Assembly (NCBI GenBank): GCA_048772705.1
Contig: JBLWGC010000208.1
Coordinates: 248,001 to 312,000, forward strand
From: Leidyana gryllorum EB-2025a
Lineage: Eukaryota; Protista; Apicomplexa
Length of the DNA stretch: 64,000 nucleotides
Direction of reading: 5' to 3'
This document shows positions 61,242-64,000 of the stretch, in pieces. Both the position numbers and the translations under genes were made by a program. The stretch's first letter is position 1. Each line of letters begins with the position of its first letter. The notes below the pieces were generated by a model. The model searched no databases and was not told the origin of the DNA. It saw only the letters and a program-made list of their open reading frames with translations.

Positions 61242-63456
61242 ATGATGGACGAGGTCCAACGTGCGTCCATTGTGGAGCAGGAGGGCAACAAAGCGCAATG
61301 GTGGTTAGCCAACATTGCTCGCTCCGTAGAGGAGGCGCTCCCAGTGTCGGAACAAACGCGTGAGAAGATCCGTGAGCGGCAAACGGTTCTACGGGTTCTG
61401 AGTAATTGCGTTGTTCTGCTACTCGTTATTTGGGGTCTCGTTGGCCTCTTCTTCCTTCTGCGCCTCGCTGGTCGAGCGGCCGGAGTGGATGAAGAAGCTG
61501 GGGTGGGCGGGATAACGTTGCGCAGAGCCAATAGTCTGAGCCTGCGAGCTATGCAAGGTTGGAAGCCCACGAATACATCAGCGGAGTTCCTGCACGGGCC
61601 GCTTGGACGAAGTCTCGACGGCCGCCCACACGAGTTCGAGTCTCGACTACGTTTCCCTCTGGATAGAGAGGTCCTGGACCATAGGGATCAAGAATGCCGG
61701 AACAAGGACTTCGGAAAGAAGTTTCCTTCCACGTCTGTGGTCATCATCTTCTGCAATGAGCCATTCGAGACTTTGATGCGATCTGTCCACTCTGTATTCA
61801 ACCGTTCACCGCCCAAGATCCTCAAGGAGATCATTTTGGTAGACGACGGAAGCGATGCTGATCATATAAAACCACGGGAAGAGGGAGGCTCTGGTCTGCT
61901 GGAAGACTACCTCAAGATTTTGCCACCCAAGATCAAACTCCTGCGTACCGGGCGCAGGTCAGGTATTGTGTCGGCTCGTCTGGTTGGTATTCGCGCTGCG
62001 GAAGGCGAGGCATTTGTAATGCTGGATAGTCACATCGAGACTCAGCCTGGATGGCTCGAAGCCCTGGTCGCTCCCATAGCTGAAGATTCTAAGACTGTGG
62101 TCATGCCCCATATTGACGGCATCGACAAGCATACATTCGAGCCACGCAAAGGTGGTGTTGGCTGTACTTTGGGTATGATCTGGAAGGTCATGGAGCACGC
62201 CTTCCAGCCAGATCAGTACTCCCCCTCGGAACGAAGGAACGCTCGTCCAAGCGACTACGTCACCAGCCCTACCATGGCAGGAGGCCTTTTTGCTGCTCAT
62301 CGAGACTTCTTCCTCTCGATAGGCGGATATGACGAGGCAATGACAGGGTGGGGAGCCGAGAACGTTGAATTCAGCTTCAGGTGGGTTAGGTGCCAATGTT
62401 TATTGCGTTCGACTCTATGCGATTTCTGTGTGTGTGTGGCCAATCTGATTATGGATCTTTCTTAACTCGTGTTGTTGGCGCAGGTTATGGCAGTGTGGCG
62501 GCCGGCTGCTTTGTACGGCCTGTTCCCGCGTGTTCCACATGTTCGGAGGCGGCAAGCATTATACCACAAAGGGTCACTCGACCACAGCGAATCGAATGCG
62601 GACAGTGGCTGCGTGGGCGGACGAATACGCCGACTTGGCTTGGCATGTCTTGGGAACTCCTCCATTGAGCGAAATCGGAGATATAAGTGAAATGTTGAAG
62701 CTACGGCGGCAGAAGAAATGCAAGGATTTCAATTGGTTCCTCAAGAACGTATGGCCGGAAAGCGAAGTCCAGAACATTCCTGAGGACGTTCCGTTCATGG
62801 GTGAGTGCACAGATTCACATAGATCAGTCGTCAAAATCAACATTGATTGTCACAGGTATTATAAAGAGTGCCGCTGGTAATCTTTGCTTCCCACGGGTGG
62901 CCAGAGGCGAGCGGCGTCTCACTCTCACCGATTGTAGCAGCCACCCAGGCAAATTCATTTACTGGCGGTGAGTGACAAGTTTTGGTTACCGATTTATTGA
63001 CTGACTGTTTATCTTGTTGTTGCGCAGACGAGAAGGTCGGATTACACCCGAATCGAATGACGAAACGTGTTTACTAACCACAAACAAATGGGATTGGTGT
63101 TATTATGACGACATGCGGAGATGGCAACTCGAGGATGTTACAGGTGAGTGAAATCAAATTGCCCCCATTTTCATTCCTCATATCCTCCCACCCCGACAGC
63201 GGACAAGAAGCAACTCTTGATTTCTCAAATGGTGGAAATTGGAGACATGGATCTGTGGGCTGGCCAGGGCGATGTTAAAGTTGTGCGAATTCGTGATGAC
63301 AAGACTGAACACTGTGTCACTGCTGCCCCAGGAGGAAATGACGACAGCCACATTGTTGACTTGGCTCCTTGTGAAGATGAAGAGGACTTGAGCCAGCTTT
63401 GGCTATGGAGCAAGTACAAGATCAATCCAGTGTGGAAGTCCCTCCACGACAATTAA
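61242..63456 (+). CDS. GALNT: Polypeptide N-acetylgalactosaminyltransferase (GT27), multi-exon
   Basis: Type II TM anchor, motifs SVVIIFCNE, EIILVDDGS, LDSHIE, PTMAGGLF and WGAENVEFSFR, and a ricin-like C-terminus. Confidence 0.94.
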
Positions 63457-63506
63457 AAGCACAAGTTTATTCTGTAGTCCCCCCATATGCACGCTCCATC
63501 TCGGAT

Positions 63507-64000
63507 TCAAAAGCACCTGCATAGGCCACACCTATCATATTGCATCGTCGAAAGGAAGCTTCGGCAGCACTCCGCGCTGCCTGCTCCAGCCCTGCCAGAA
63601 TCTGAGATAGACAAGAGTGCAGTCAATAGCCATATTTCCTCGGTCAGGTGCTCGCCTACCCTCCAGATGGCTTGAACCACCTCCTCCGCGCTACTGCAGC
63701 TCATGTGAATCGGCAAGATCAATATCGATAGATCAAACCCAGGTATCGGCTGCTTGCGGAAGAGGGTCGCAGCCAGCCAGTCACGCACAGCGACACGCGG
63801 TGGCTCCGTGGCCAGAGCATCGGACCACGCTGTAATGAACTCTACGTCACCTGGAAGCCCACTGGCTCCAGCCAAGTGGCCAGATATTTCACCAGCTGCC
63901 CCAGGTGCCAACGGACGCAGTGTAAATGTACGCGAGACGTGACTATGAAGAACCTTCAAAAGGGCTGCCAACGCAGACCGCAATGCTATGTGGGACGCCG
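63507..64000 (-). CDS. 5'-partial hypothetical protein
   Basis: Open frame running in from the window edge. No domain recognised. Confidence 0.4.
   Translation of the reverse strand, partial: ASHIALRSALAALLKVLHSHVSRTFTLRPLAPGAAGEISGHLAGASGLPGDVEFITAWSDALATEPPRVAVRDWLAATLFRKQPIPGFDLSILILPIHMSCSSAEEVVQAIWRVGEHLTEEIWLLTALLSISDSGRAGAGSAECCRSFLSTMQYDRCGLCRCF

Overview
This is a very compact eukaryotic genome segment with about 35 protein-coding genes and many short (mostly 40-60 nt) GT-AG introns. Neighbouring genes are often separated by only 0-200 nt. An ApiAP2-type factor, an oocyst-wall-like Cys-rich protein and an insulysin point to an apicomplexan, most plausibly a gregarine (inference). 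Housekeeping genes include PGK, a scramblase, a DHHC palmitoyltransferase, a 3xRRM CELF-like protein, RWDD1/Gir2, TECR, RPB9, ATG4, homoserine kinase, PP1, a 3'-5' exonuclease, CCT2, EHD and GALNT. A roughly 14 kb apparently intron-free block (about 19.9-34.3 kb) holds the most unusual genes. One is a bacterial-type DcuA/DcuB anaerobic C4-dicarboxylate transporter. The others are a tail-to-tail pair of paralogues with filamentous-haemagglutinin/CdiA-like repeat motifs and C-terminal membrane segments. Also notable are an INTS4-like HEAT protein, two tandem spliced micro-proteins, and an unusually long, hairpin-rich PP1 intron. No tRNA, rRNA, CRISPR array or mobile element was recognised. Exon structures were assembled by eye, and homologies are from recalled motifs rather than database searches.
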